A DNA stretch of 64,000 bases from positions 57,226,001 to 57,290,000 of the forward strand of contig NC_082706.1 of assembly GCF_030144855.1 (NCBI RefSeq), written 5' to 3'. Below are positions 50,600 to 64,000 of this stretch, piece by piece. The notes under the pieces were generated by a model. The model had not been told where the DNA came from, ran no database searches, and saw only the letters and a list, made by a program, of their open reading frames with translations. The position numbers and the translations under genes are program-made. The stretch is from Hypanus sabinus (Eukaryota). Within the stretch, counting starts at the first letter, position 1, and each line of letters begins with the position of its first letter.

Positions 50600-51910
50600 G
50601 CCAGCACACCAAACGCTTTCTTCACCAGCCTATCCTTCAGGGAACTATGCACCATTATTCCTAGATCATTCTGTTCTACTGCATTCTTCAATGCCCTACC
50701 ATTTACCATGTATGTCCTATTTGGATTATTCCTACCAAAATGTAGCACCTCACACTTATCAGTATTAAACTCCATCTGCCATCGTTCAGCCCACTCTTCT
50801 AACTGGCCTAAATCTCTCCGCAAGCTTTGAAAACCTACTTCATTATCCACAACGTCCCCTACCTTAGTATCATCTGCATATTTACTAATCCTGTTTACCG
50901 CCCCATCATCCAGATCATTAATGTATATGACAAACAACATTGGACCCAGTACAGATCCCTGAGGCACACTACTTGTCACTGGCCTCCAACCTGACAAACA
51001 GCTATCCACCACTATTCTCTGGCATCTCCCAGCCAGCCACTGTTGAATCCATTTTACTACTTCAATATTAACACCAAATGATTGAACCTTCCTAACTAAC
51101 ATTCCGTGTGGAACCTTGTCAATGCTCTTACTGAAGTCCATATAGACAACATCCACTGCTTTACCCTCGTCAACTTTCCTCGTAACCTCTTCAAATAATT
51201 CAATATGATTTGTCAAACATGACCTTCCACGCACAAATCCATGTTGACTGTTCCTAATCAGACCCTGTCTATACACATAATTATATATACCATCTCTAAG
51301 AATACGTTCCATTAATTTACCCACCACTGACGTCAAACTGACAGGCCTATAATTGCTAGGTTTACTCTTAGAACCCTTTTTAAACAATGGAACCACATGA
51401 GCAATATGCCAATCCTCTGGCACCATCCCCGTTTCTAATGACATTTGAAATATTTCTGTCAGAGCCCCTGCTATTTCTACACTAACCTCCCTCAAGGTCC
51501 TAGAGAATATCCTGTCAGGATCCAGAGATTTATCCACTTTTATATTCCTTAAAAGCACCAGTACTTCCTCCTCTTTAATCGTCATAGTTTCCATGATATC
51601 CCTTCTTGTTTCCCTTACCTTACACAATTCAATATCCTTCTCCTTAGTGAATACAGAAGAAAAGAAATTGTTCAAAATCTCCCCCATCTCTTTCAGCTCC
51701 ACACATCGCTGTCCACTTTGATTCTCTAAGGGACCAATTTTATCCCTCACTATCCTTTTGCTATTAATTTTACTATTATTTTACTGCAGAAACCCTTTGG
51801 ATTTATTTTCACCTTACTTGCCAAAGCAACCTCGTATCTTCTTTTAGCTTTTCTAATTTCTTTCTTAAGATTCTTTTCACATTCTTTTCACATTTCTCGA
51901 GCACCTCATT
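50600..51910 (-). mobile_element. CR1 LINE RT region with a long open frame (401-aa ORF 50545..51750)
   Basis: NYRPVSLTSVVGKLME...QHGFVRGRSCLTN...DFSKSIDKVPH...VPQGSVLGP...YADDTK. Confidence 0.95.
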
Positions 51911-52859
51911 TTCTCCATTCCTGATCTGAATAAAAGCATTTCTGCTCTACTTACGAAATATTCCCCAGGACTGCCGTTTAAATCCAGTTAGACAGAGGTT
52001 TGTAGCTCTGCTTCAGAACCTGGTTGTCACTAATGAAGTGCTGTAATGAACGGGATCTCGGGCAACCGGCTTTCTTTTGTGACTGCAGCGAGTTAGATGG
52101 AATTAAGTGCTAAGCTGAGGGTGCAGAGAAACACTGTCAATCCGGGAGAGGGGCAGGGTGGAAATGGTGGTTTCAGCTGTGTAGTTTATTTGTCCTTATT
52201 TATAGTCGTGGTTGTGCATTGATGAAAAGCTGTGCAGTTTTGTTCTTACAAAACAGTGTGGATTAACTGTTTCATATTATAATAACAAAGCCAATCAGAT
52301 CTCATAAGTCATACAGCAGAGGAAGCAATACCAGCACAGATCAGCCATTGGATGGTGGGGCAGGTCTGAGGGGCCTGATGACACCCTCCTGGCTTGATCT
52401 TGCTGTATTTTTGTGTCCTACCAGACAGCAGAGGTCCACAGCTCTGGGTTAGACCCAGAACCAAGTACTTTCTCCAGGCTGTGTTCTCAGTGCTGACATG
52501 GGTATCACAGACAGCCTCATAAACCAAAGGTTCAATTTGTTATCAAAGTATCTCTAAGATTTGTCTTCTCCAGACTGCAATAAAATACAGAAACCGATAA
52601 CAATTCAAAGAAAGACATCTATTCAATCCCTCCCCAAACAAAAAGAAAAAGAAACAAGACCTCACAAAGCCCCAACCCCTCCCTCGCACAAAAACTAACA
52701 TCACTCAGATGGAGAAACAACAGCCAGAAAATTAAACCCCACAGCACCAGCCTGCCAATCACAACAAGAAAGAATGGGCAAAATCACAAAAAATATAGAA
52801 CTGAAAGAGGCTAATATGAATTACATAAATCAGAGAATTCTCAAAATTTTGAAACATCT

Positions 52860-53250
52860 CCAAGGGCAGAAGAATGAGCGGGGATCGCATTGAGACCTTT
52901 CGAATGTTGTAAGGCCTAAACAGAGTAGATGTGGAAAGGATGTTTCCCAAGGTGGGAGAATCTGGGACAAGAGGGCACAGCCTCAGAATAGAGGGGGATC
53001 CATTTAAAACAGAGAAATTTCTTCAGCCAGAGGGTCGTGCATTTGTGGAATCTGTTGCCACAGGCAGTTGTGGAGGCCATGTCGTTGGGTGTATTTAAGG
53101 CAGAGATTGATAGGTTCTTGATTGGACGTGGCATCAAAGGTTATGGAGAGAAGGCTGGAAACTGGGGTGGAGGAGGAGGGGAAAAAGGATCAACCATGAT
53201 TGAATGGCAGAGCAAACTCGATGGCCTAATTCTGCTCCTACGTCTTATGG
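52860..53250 (+). mobile_element. CR1 3' end fragment
   Basis: GGGGATCGCATTGAGACC...GGGAGAATCTGGGACAAGAGGGCACAGCCTCAG...LWNLLPQAVVEA. Confidence 0.85.
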
Positions 53251-53739
53251 ACTCAAGCCGGTGGCTCCTCCAAGTACCACTCACTCTCCTCCACATTTGC
53301 CTCGATGGTTCAATCTTCCTAGTTGATTTAATTAGCAAGGAATGTAGTTGAACCCAGCCTCCTCGTCTCATCTCTGAACTTCTTCTGGTGGGAGCTCGTT
53401 CTTGCATTTCTCTCCCGGAGTTTCCTCAAGGACAGCAGAACACTAGCTCACTTGATCGAATTACAGACTGTAAGTCCCAGGCTCCAATGGTTTCAAAAAC
53501 AAAGATTCAAGTACAAGCAGAATTAGATAAAACTGAAATGATTGACTATCTGGGAATCATTGTTCACTGGTGCCATCTTGACACGTGCTCAGATTGACAT
53601 GCACAGACACTCAGCAATACAGAAATGCATACTGATACTCCGATTCACCTCCATAAACACACATGCAGCCTCATACATATACTTATTCACATTTCAATAA
53701 GCTGGTGTGTAGTGTTGCTACAAAAGCTGTGACCCACTA

Positions 53740-54050
53740 GCATAGAGAGTGATGTAGTGGCATAACAGTCAACATATCGATTCAGTGCCAGTGATCAGGG
53801 TGGTAGGGCGTTGTCTGTAAGGAGTTTGTACGTTCTCCCCATGACTGCAGTTTCTTCCAGGTGCCCTGGTTTTGTTCCACATTCCAAAGATGCGTGGGTT
53901 TAGGTCAGTAAGTTGTGGGCATGCTTTGTTGGTATCAGAAGCATGACGACTCTTGTGAGCTGCCCCAGCACACTCTCGGACTGTATTGATTGTTGACAAA
54001 AAGGACACATTTCACTTTACATTTTGATGTACATGTGACAAATAAAGCTA
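53740..54050 (+). mobile_element. HE1-like SINE, decayed
   Basis: GTCTGTAAGGAGTTTGTACGTTCTCCCCATGACTGC...CCACATTCCAAAGATG core, shared with the SINE at 44127. Confidence 0.65.
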
Positions 54051-54189
54051 ATCTTTAAATCTTTAGGAGTGACAGTGGTGATAATGGACAAGTTGAACAG
54101 AGCTTATCAGCTGACACCAGAGACATTTGACCTGTTAGATGTCTTATGCTTAAGCGGTTATTTGTCACATTTTCTCTCACCTCCATTCA

Positions 54190-54830
54190 AGCCCCAAACG
54201 GTCCTTCCAGGTGAACGAATCTGCTGGGGACATCTATTGTGTCCAATGCTCCTGATGCTATCTCTCTACATTGATCAGACTTGTTGTAAGTTGGGGTCAA
54301 GCACTTCCTCTCCATCCACCAAAATTGGAACTTCCCAATGTTCAAACATTTTAATTCGCAATCCCATTCTTGGTCCAATATGTCAGTGCATGGCCTCCTT
54401 TTGTGCCACGATGAGGCCACCAACAGGGTGGAGGAGCAACACTTTTATTTCAACAGGGTAGCCTCCAACCTGACGGCATGAATATCAATTTCTCCTTCTG
54501 GTAAAAATTTCCTACTCCTCCCTTCTTCTCCCACTCTGTCCTCTTCTCACTTCCCTCTGCTGTCCCTCCCCTTTCCCTTTCTCCTATGATCCACTCTTCT
54601 CTCCAATCAGATTCCTTCCTCTCCAGCCCTTTACCTTTCCCACCCATTTGACTTCACCTTTTGCCTCCTCCCACCTTTTTAATCTGGAGTCTTCAACCTT
54701 TTCTTTCTGGTCCTGAAGAATGGTCTTGGCCAAAATTGTTGACTGCTTATTCATTTCCATAGATGCTGCCTGACCCTGTGTTCCTCCAGGATTTTGTGTG
54801 TTGCTTTGAATTTACAGCATCAGCAGACTT
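54190..54830 (+). mobile_element. Penelope-like retroelement 3' fragment (GIY-YIG endonuclease remnant plus terminal repeat)
   Basis: Frameshifted PKRSFQV...GDIYCVQC, then HFNS...MSVHGLLLCHDEATNRVEEQH...SLQPDGMNINFS. A degenerate hammerhead GTC-CTGAAGA-ATGGTCTTGGCC-AAAA...GAC lies at ~54710. Confidence 0.75.
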
Positions 54831-56589
54831 TATCATGTTCATTATTTCCTATCGGTAAACTTGTGTGCAGACATTCCTGTGCATCACTTTATGGACAAAC
54901 AATCAATGTATGTATACAAGCTATTTTACCTATTGAAATTTATTGTGTTTTTATTATTATGTACTTTATCTTATTGCTGTTTGTTGCACTGCATTGGATG
55001 CTGAGAAACAATTAGTTTGTTGCCCTTTACATTTGTGTACTGGACATGACAATAAACAATCTTGAGTCTTGAATCTCAGGAATTAATAAACAAAAATCAA
55101 GCATAGGTTGTGATGACAGCATCTCAAAATGGATTCTGGCCTTTTCATCATTTACACAGTCAGGAATGTGATTGGTGATCCACAACGTCTTGCACACTTA
55201 CCCTGAACACAACTGTCCCTCACACAAACTGAACAGCTGGGTAAAACAAATGAACCTATTTACGTATACATAGACAATTTACTGCACATTCTGGGCAACT
55301 GGATATTGGCATAGAATGACTGGAGTGTGGCTGACTCAACCTTGTTGGATAAGCAGTTACAGCAATCAGGAGGAAATGAGTTGCAGAAACATCACTTTCC
55401 AGTCACGAATGAAATAGATGTTCAGATGGCTTCTGACGTAAGATTTTTTAGCCCATTTATTTTTGGAGCAAGAGCTGACAATTCATTGAAAAGTTGTGAA
55501 ACTCCTTTTACTTTATGATCATAGACCCTTTGATATTACAAACAGTGCAAAAGTTGGTGATATGAACTGGGAGATTTAATCACTCTTGTAGGTCAGCTTT
55601 ACCCAAAATCAGGGGTGCATGGCTCTCAAACAGTAAAGTCAATCCCACAAATTTTGGAAGATTTCAGCCTGTTTTTTCAATGCTGCCCCTGAAAGTATTT
55701 AATACTTAATTATATCTACAGATTTCACTTCTGCTCCTTGCTCATGTTATTCTGACCACATCCCAAACCGACACACCTCTAACAAAGTAGGACTAGGGGA
55801 GCAGGTTTATGCGAACTCCACACACTGCTCGTCCAAGTCGCACACCATGCTGATATGGAAGCATAATGGCCACTCCATCACTAACTGATCTATGTTCCTG
55901 TCATCTTGTCCTTCCTGTTGGTGGATATGGATCTGGGACAAGCAATTAGAGCTGCCTCGTAAATTTTGTACAAGACAGCCTCTGACACTGCGTCAGGAAC
56001 TGCTGCAGAATGCCCTGGAGCCAAAATATTTGAGGTCTCACATCTAACATATCAGATCAAAGTTTTGTAGCTCTGATCGTGGCAAGACTCAAATGAACAA
56101 AAGCGACAAATTAGTTGGTCAGACTAATCTGACTGCACGTGCCCTGAAAGCTCAGACAACAATATTGAAATTTCTTCCCCATTTGCACAATTAATAGGAC
56201 TATAGTGGTTCAATAGGTAGTTCTCCTCCAGCTGATCAAGAAGATACCCACTCCTCACAAACAAAAAGTGACAAGGACAGGCTTGTGACGCATTATTTTC
56301 AACCTCAGGGGAGCATAGCTCTGCGTTGCTTTCTCGAGCTGGTCAGAAGGAGTTCGCAAATAAAAAGCTATGATTCCCAGCTGCCCAAAAATTCTCATCA
56401 ACACACACTGCTCATATAAGGGAAATTATACACTGTTGGAAGCTACTTGACACTCTCCAACATTCGAAAGGCTTACAAGAGGGCTGCAACATCACCCCCT
56501 CTAGCTTCCACATATACAAATTGCTCGTTGATAGAATTGATCATTTTAAGCATAGGAACATTAAAAACCTACAGCACAATGTTGGGCCG

Positions 56590-57660
56590 AACATGTCCCT
56601 ACCTTAGAAATCACGAGGCTTACCTATAGCCCTCTATTTTACTAAGCTCCATGTACCTATCCAAAAGCCTCTTAAAAGACCCTATCATATCCGCCACCGT
56701 TGTCGGCAGCCCATTCCACACACTCACCACTCTCTGAGTAAAAATCTTACCCCTGACATCTCCTCTGTACCTTCTCCCCAGCAACTTAAACCTGTGCCCT
56801 CTTGTGGTAACCATTTCAGCCCTGGGAAAAAGCCTCTGACTATCCACACAATCAATGCCTCTCATCATCTTATACACCTCTATCAGGTCACCTCTCATCC
56901 TCCATCACTCCAAGGAGTAAAGGCTGAGTTCACTCAACCTATTCTCATAAGGCATACTTCCTAATCCAGGCAACCCTTTCTATGGTTTCCACATCCTTCC
57001 TGTAGTGAGGTGACCAGAACTGAGACAGTACTCCAAGTGGGGTCTGACCAGGGTCCAAAAGCTGCAACATTACCTCTCGGCTCCTAAATTCAATTCCACG
57101 ATTGATGAAGGGCAATACACCATACACCTTTTTAACCACAGAGTCAACTTGTGGAGCTGCTTTGAGCATCCCATGGACTCGGACCCCAAGATCCCTCTGA
57201 TCCTCCACACTGCCAAGAGTCTTACCATTAATACTCTGCCATCATATTTGACCTACAGAAATGAAGCATTTCACATTTATCTGTGTTGAACTCCATCTGC
57301 CACTTCTCAGCCCAGTTTTGCATCCTATCAATGTCCTGCTATAACCTCTGACAGCCTTCCACACTACCCACATCACCACACTACTCACATCACATTTGTG
57401 TTATCAGCAAACTTACTAACCCATCCCTTCTTCATCCAGGTCATTTATAAAAATCACGATGAGTAAGGGTCCCAGAACAGATCCCTGAGGCACTCCAGTG
57501 GCGACGGACCTCCATGCAGAATATGACCCGTCTACAACCACTCTTTGCCTTCTGTGGGCAAGCCAGTTCTGGATCCACAAAGCAATGTCCCATTGTATCC
57601 CATGCCTCCTTACTTTCTCAATTAGCCTTGCATGGGGTACCTTATCTAATGCCTTGCTGA
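56590..57660 (-). mobile_element. CR1 RT C-terminus and 3' end
   Basis: [15 protein letters not shown]...[10 protein letters not shown]; MRGDLIEVYKMMRG. Confidence 0.9.
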
Positions 57661-57689
57661 AATCCATGTATACTACATATATAACCATA

Positions 57690-60640
57690 TAACTATATAA
57701 CAATTACAGCACAGAAACAGGCCATCTCGGCCCCTCTAGTCCATGCCAAATGCTTACTCTCACCTAGTCCCACCGACCTGCACTCAGCGCATAACCCTCC
57801 ATTCCTTTCTTGTCCATATACCTATCCAATTTTACTTTAAATGACAATACCAAACCTGTCCTCTACCACTTCAACTGGACGCTCGTTCCACACAGTTACC
57901 ACTCTCTGAGTAAAGAAATTCCCCTCGTGTTACCCTTAAACTTTTGCCCCCTAAGTCTCAACTCATGTCCTCTTGGTTAAATCTCCCCTACTCTCAATGG
58001 AAAAAGCCTATCCACGTCCACTCTATCTATCCCCCTCATAATTTTAAATACCTCTATCAAGCCCCCCTCAACCTTCTACACTCAAAAGAATAAAGACCTA
58101 ACTTGTTCAACCTTTCTCTGTAACTTAGGTGCTGAAACCCAGGTAACATTCTAGTAAATCTTCTCTGTACTCTCTCTATTTTGTGACATTTTTCCTATAA
58201 TTTGGTGACCAGAACTGTATACAATACTCCAAATTTGGCCTTACTAATGCCTTGTACAATTTTAACATTACATCCTAACTCCTATGCTCAGTGCTCTGAT
58301 TTATAAAGGCCAACATACCAAAAGCTTTCTTCACCATCCTATCCACATGAGATTACACCTTCAGGAAATTATGCAACATTATTCCTAGGTAACTCTGTTC
58401 TACTGCATTCTTCAATGCCCTACCATTTACCATGTATGTCATATTTGGGTTATTCATACCAAAATGTAGCACCTCTCACTTATCAGTATTAAACTCCATC
58501 TGCCATCGCTCAGCCCACTCTTCTAACTGGCATAAATCTCTCTGCAAGCCTTGAAAACCTACTTCATTATCCACAACGCCGCCTACCTTAGTATCATCTG
58601 CATACTTACTAATCCATCATCCACATCATTAATGTATATGACAAACAACATTGGACCCAGTACAGATCCCTAAGGCACAGCACTAGTCACCGGCCTCCAA
58701 CCTGACAAACAGTTATCCACCACTACTCTTTGGCATCTCCCATTCAGCCACTATTGAATCCATTTTACTACTTCAATATTAATACCTAATGATTGAAAGT
58801 TCCTAACTAATCTTCTGTGTGGAACCTTGTCAAAGGCCTTACTGAAGTCCATATAGACAACATCCACTGCTTTACCCTCGTCAACTTTCCTCGTAACCTC
58901 TTCAAAAAATTCAATAAGATTTGTCAAACATGACCTTCCATGCACAAATCCATGTTGACTGTTGCTAATCAGACCCTGTCTATCCAGATAATTATATATA
59001 CCATCTCTAAGAATACTTTCCATTAATTTACCCACCACTGACATCAAACTTACAGGCCTATAATTGCTAGGTTTACTCTTAGAACCTTTTTTAAACAATG
59101 GGACCACATGAGCAATATGCCAATCCTCTGGCACCATTCCCATTTCTAATGACATTTGAAATATTTCTATCAGAGCCCCTGCTATTTCTACACTAACTTC
59201 CCTCAAGGTCCTAGGGAATATCCTGTCAGCACCTGGAGATTTATCCACTTTTATATTCCTTTAAAGTGCCAGTACTTCCTCCTCTTTAATTGTCATAGTT
59301 TCCATAACTTCCCTACTTGTTTCCCTTACCTTACACAATTCAATATCCTTCTCCTTAGTGAATACTGAAGAAAAGAAATTGTTCAAAATCTCCCCCATCT
59401 CTTTTGGCTCCACACATAGCTGTCCACTCTGATTTTCGAAGGGACAAATTTTATCTCTCACTATCCTTTTGCTATTAATATAACTGTAGAAACCCTTCGG
59501 ATTTATTTTCACCTTACTTGCCAAAGCAACCTCATATCTTCTTTTAGCTTTTCTATTTTCTTTCTTAAGATTCTTCTTACATTCTTTATATTCCTCGAGC
59601 ATCTCATTTACTCCATGCTGCCTATATTTATTGTAGATCTCCCTCTTTTTCCTAACTAAGTTTCCAATATCCCTTGAAAACCATGGCTGTCTCAAACTTT
59701 TAACCTTTCCTTTCAACCTAGTAGGAACATAAAGATTCTGTACCCTCAAAATTTCACCTTTAAATGACCTCCATTTCTCTATCACATCCTTCCCATAAAA
59801 CAAATTGTCCCAATCCACTCCTTCTAAATCCTTTCACATCTCCTCAAAGTTAGCCTTTCTCCAATCAAAAATCTCAACCCTGGGTCCAGTCCTATCCTTC
59901 TCCATAATTATATTGAATCTAATGGGATTGTGATCACTGGACCCGAAGTGCTCCCCAACACATACCTCCGTCACCTGACCTACTTCATTGCTTAACAGAA
60001 GATCCAACACTGCCCATCTCTAGTTGGTACCTCTTTGTATTGCTGCAAAAAAACTATCCTGCACACATTTTACAAACTCCAAACCATCCAGTATGGGCTT
60101 CCCAGTCTATGTGTGGAAAATTAAAATCTCCCACAATCACAACCCTGTGCTTACTACAAATATCTGCTATCTCCTTACAAATTTGTTCCTCCATTTCTCG
60201 CTCCCCATTAGGTGGTCTATAATACACCCCTATAAGTATTACTACACCTTTCCCATTCCTCAATTCCACCCAAATAGTCTCCCTAGACGAGCCCTCTAAT
60301 CTATCCTGCCAGAGCACCGCTGTAATATTTTCTCGGACAAGCAATGCAACACCTCCCCCTCTTGTCCCTCTGATTCTATCACACCTGAAGCAACAAAATC
60401 CAGGAATATTAAGTTGTCAATCACACCCCTCCTGCAACCATGTTTCACTAATAGCTACAACATCATATTTCCAGGTATCAATCCATGCTCTAAGCTCATC
60501 CACCTTTCTTGCAATGCTCCTAGTATTAAAATAAATGCATTTACGAAATTCTCCACCTCTTCCTCTCCATTTATCTCTAACGGCACGAACAACTTTACTA
60601 TCTTCTTTTTCTTCCTTCACCCATATAATTGATCCTACAC
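57690..60640 (-). mobile_element. CR1 ORF2, near complete (APE endonuclease to 3' UTR), frameshifted
   Basis: CIYFNTRSIARKVDEL...VVAISETWL; GVYYRPPN; VIVGDFNFPHIDW; RT motifs at 58751..59248; 3' UTR to ~57690. Confidence 0.93.
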
Positions 60641-60649
60641 TCTGGTTCC

Positions 60650-61690
60650 CCTCCAAACTTGTGTCCAGTTAAATCCATGCTGAAATCCATATACACTACA
60701 TCTCCTACTCTTCCTTCATTCATGTGTTTAGTCACATCCTCAGAAAATTCAATCTGGCTCGTAAGGCACAACCTGCACTGGATAAAGCCATCCTGACTAT
60801 TCCTAATCATATTATTCCTCTCCAAATGTTCATAAATCCTGTCTCTCAGGATCGTTTGCATTAACTTACCAACCATTGAGGTAAGACTCACTGGTCTATA
60901 ATTTCCTACGCTATCTCTACTCCCTTTCTTAAATAAAGGAACAACATTCACAACCTTCCAATCCTCTGGAACCTCTCCCATCTCTATTGATGATGCACAG
61001 GTCATTGCTAGAGGCTCAGCAATCTCCTCCCTCTCCTCCCACAGTAGCCTGGGGTACATTTTGTCCTGTCTGGTCCCGGCGACTTATCCAACTTGATGCT
61101 TTCCAAAATCTCCAGCACATCCTCTTTCTTAATATCTGCATGCTCAAGTTTATCAGTCATCACTACAATTGCTAAGATCCTTTTCCAGAGTGAATAATGA
61201 AATAAAGTATTCATTAAGTACCTCTGCTCTTTCCTCCAGTTGAATACAAACTTTCCCACTGGCACACGACAGGTCCTATTCTTTTACATCTCATCCTCTT
61301 GCTCTTCACATACTTGTAGAATGCCTTGGGATTTTCCTTAATTCTACCTGCCAAGGGCTTCTCATGGCCCCATCTGGCTCTCCTAATTTCCTTCTAAAGC
61401 TCCTTCCTAGTAGTCTTATAATCTTCTAGATCTCTGACATTACTTAGCTCTCTTAACCTTTTGTAAGCTTTTCTTTCCTTCTTGACTAGATTTATTACAG
61501 CCTTTGTACATCATGGTTCCTGTACCCCACTATAACTTCCCTGTCTCAGTGGAATGTACCTATACAGAACTCTATACACATATCCCCTGAATACTTGCTA
61601 CATTTCTTCTGTACTTTTCCTCTATTTTGTGACATCTTTCCTATAATTTGGTGACCAGAACTGTACACAATACTCCAAAATTTGGCCTTA
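60650..61690 (-). mobile_element. Additional decayed CR1 ORF2 fragments
   Basis: DKSPGPD...VPEDWKVVNVVPLFKKGSRDSVGNYRPVSLTS. Confidence 0.85.
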
Positions 61691-63069
61691 ATACCACACT
61701 TGACTGAAGGCAGCCTTGATGTCCCTCCTCACTGAGGAATTTTAAATTTCTGATCCTCTCCACCTCTGATCCCCTGATAAGGATTAGCTCATGGACCTCT
61801 GGTTTCAACACTTTAGATCTCCTCTCGTCTATGGAGGGATCCAAGGTGCTTTATTTAGCATGTCACTGAACATAGCTGCAAATGCATCAATTTCATCAGG
61901 CATGTGAAATGCTGATCTCTGCTATCATGATGAAAATGTTCCTGTGGACTTCTTCCATGCTGTTTAATAGCCCGCTGCTTCTCCTGACTAGACAGAGTCT
62001 TTGAGAAGTACAGCACGGAAACAGACCCTTCAGCCCATCTAGTTCATGCTGAAATCATTTAGACTACCTACGCCCATATCCTTAATATCCACTTACCAAT
62101 CCAAACTTCTCAAACATTGAAATCAAGCTTATATCTCCTCAAACATTGAACTCAAGCTTGTATGCCCCACTTGTGCTGGCAGCTCATTCTGTACGTAGCA
62201 GGACTGCAAAGTTTTGATCTTATTGAGCGGTTGTTAGACTGCCTAACTGTCTGCTTTATGCTGCTTTTGCTGTTTATTGAAGGGTTGTTGATTAAAACAT
62301 TTACTGATAGTCTTGTTCCTGTGGCATGACAGTTACTTGCAATATCAGCCCATGCCCAGGTAGTCAACATTGGGAACCAGTGGACACAGGGCAGCAGCTG
62401 ATAACTGGAAGGAGGTTTCCTTGTCCATGATGGCAATCTACACCTTTCCACCTGCTTACCAGTTTGTCGCACTACTGCTGCAATAGAAGGTAACCTGCAA
62501 TGTGCTGGAAGAGTCTGGCATTTTGTCTGAAGACAGTGATTCTTTGAGCACAGCCACATCAGAATGCTGACTGAATTATTTATGGGTTGGCTGTCCTAGT
62601 TTAGACATCAGTTTACAGAAGTTAAGCTTCTCTATTTAATTTCGGTTTCCTTTCACCCAATGGTTGCCAAGCAGTAGCCTAATTATCTATAAATAATGAG
62701 GGTATAAATGATGATGAGGGTATGAGCTGTTATTCCTGCGAAGAAAAGTTAGATCTTTATTAAGTCACAGATAATTGGAAATACAGTCTTTGTTGGTGTG
62801 ATATTTGAGTCCATCATTAGAATCTGTCTCTTATTATCTAGACTTAAGGATCTCAACTTTACATGGTATAATTGTCCAGTGCAGTTGATGAGGCCCCATT
62901 TCAGGAATTCAGTACTGAGTTAATGAATGGAGGCACTGGGGCAGGATGGAGACACAGTCAGAAGGTTAGTGCTGAGGTATACACAGGACCACCCAACTCC
63001 AGACTGTAACAATATGGACCAAAATCCAGAAATTAAGTGAGAATGGATTTGATTGGCATCAAGTCAACG

Positions 63070-63240
63070 TCAGGAGGTTGCACAATGACACAGCAGTTAG
63101 CGTTGCTGCCACACAGCCCCAGTGCCCCAATTTTGATGTTGATCTCAGTGTTGACAGCGAGGAGTTTGCATGCTGTCTTTGTGACTGCATGGATTTCTCC
63201 ATGTGCACTGGTTACTTTCCAAGCCCCAAAAACATGCTAA
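63070..63240 (+). mobile_element. Highly decayed HE1-like SINE
   Basis: GGTTGCACAATGACACAGCAGTTAGCGTTGCTGCCACACAGC...GGAGTTTGCATG...GACTGCATGGATTTCTCC. Confidence 0.5.
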
Positions 63241-63299
63241 CACACAGTCATTATCAATTGCTTCATGTCCTTTTTCTTTTTCAATTTTTAAATTAAATT

Positions 63300-64000
63300 T
63301 TCAGAGACAAATACATAGCGGTCATAATAGTACAAAGGGAGTGGGAGTACATAGTTGGCAATTAACACATGTGAGCAGAAACTAAAGGTAACACCAAATA
63401 CAATTGACCTCCCAAACTCTTAATATAGACAAGGTACAAAAAAATAAAAAGATGGAAAAAAAACCCCAAATGAAAAATCAAAAATAAAGTAAACTAAACT
63501 AAACTAAGCTGAGCAATTCTATTATGTTGGATAAAGTCATTAATGTTGTCAACTCCACACCTCTACTCTAATTAATAAATAATTTAAAGGAATCGGGAAA
63601 GGTCAAATTACATTCAATGAAAGTATTGGATAAATGGCCTCCAAGTTTCTTCAAATTTAACCGAGGGATCAAAGGTACCACTGCTAATTTTTTCTAAATT
63701 TAAACAGGATATGGTTTGGGAAAACCATTGAGATGTAGTTGGGGGATTCATCTCTTTCCAATTCAATAAAATAGATCTTCTAGCCATTAAAGTAGCAAAT
63801 GCAATCATCTGCCGAGCTGAAGAGGGCAGATCAATCATTGGTAAACCGAAACTTGCGGCGATAGGGTGAGGTTGTAAATCAATGCGCGAAACTACAGAGA
63901 ATGTATCAAAAATATCTTTCCAAATTTTTTCCAGAAGAAGACAAGACCAAAACATATGAGCCAGAGAGGCTACCCCAGAATGACATCTATCACAGATCGG
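63300..64000 (-). mobile_element. L1/Tx1-clade LINE ORF2 C-terminus (Cys/His motif) and 3' UTR; runs off the window end
   Basis: PICDRCHSGVASLAHMFWSC...IAFATLMARRSILLNWK...KFEETWRPF. Confidence 0.85.

Noticed and set aside
50545-51750. 401-aa RT ORF as an active or domesticated retroelement gene
   Set aside because: It is 5'- and 3'-truncated, the conserved KAFD reads KSID, and it is one of many similar CR1 copies; an ordinary young fragment is the simpler explanation.
62459-62530. Short segment flanked by acceptor TCACTGTCTTCAG and donor ACTG|GTAAGC on the minus strand
   Set aside because: About 67 nt, no recognisable protein motif and no supporting neighbouring exons; cannot be told apart from chance splice-like sites.

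Overview
Repeat-rich vertebrate genomic DNA, most likely from a cartilaginous fish (ray/shark), inferred from HE1-like SINEs, esterase-type CR1 LINEs and Penelope-derived fold-back elements. The only host gene I can support is on the minus strand. It is a Siglec-like Ig-superfamily gene made of a leader exon (45766-45805, MIGKWYFLLSVLQ) and three phase-1/phase-1 exons (43529-43897, 20491-20832, 19536-19877). Each of the three encodes a Siglec-type V-set domain. No C2-set, transmembrane or cytoplasmic exon was found in the window. The sialic-acid-binding Arg is kept only in the first V domain (Lys in V2, Ser in V3). About 29 kb of minisatellite lies in or next to the gene's introns: a 32-bp unit (>18.8 kb), a 44-bp unit (~8.9 kb) and a 51-bp unit (~1.3 kb). 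The rest is decayed CR1, Rex1/Babar, L1, Penelope, SINE and Harbinger-like DNA, plus two N gaps. One gap lies in the V1-V2 intron and limits certainty about the single-gene model. All alignments were made by eye and repeat boundaries are approximate.
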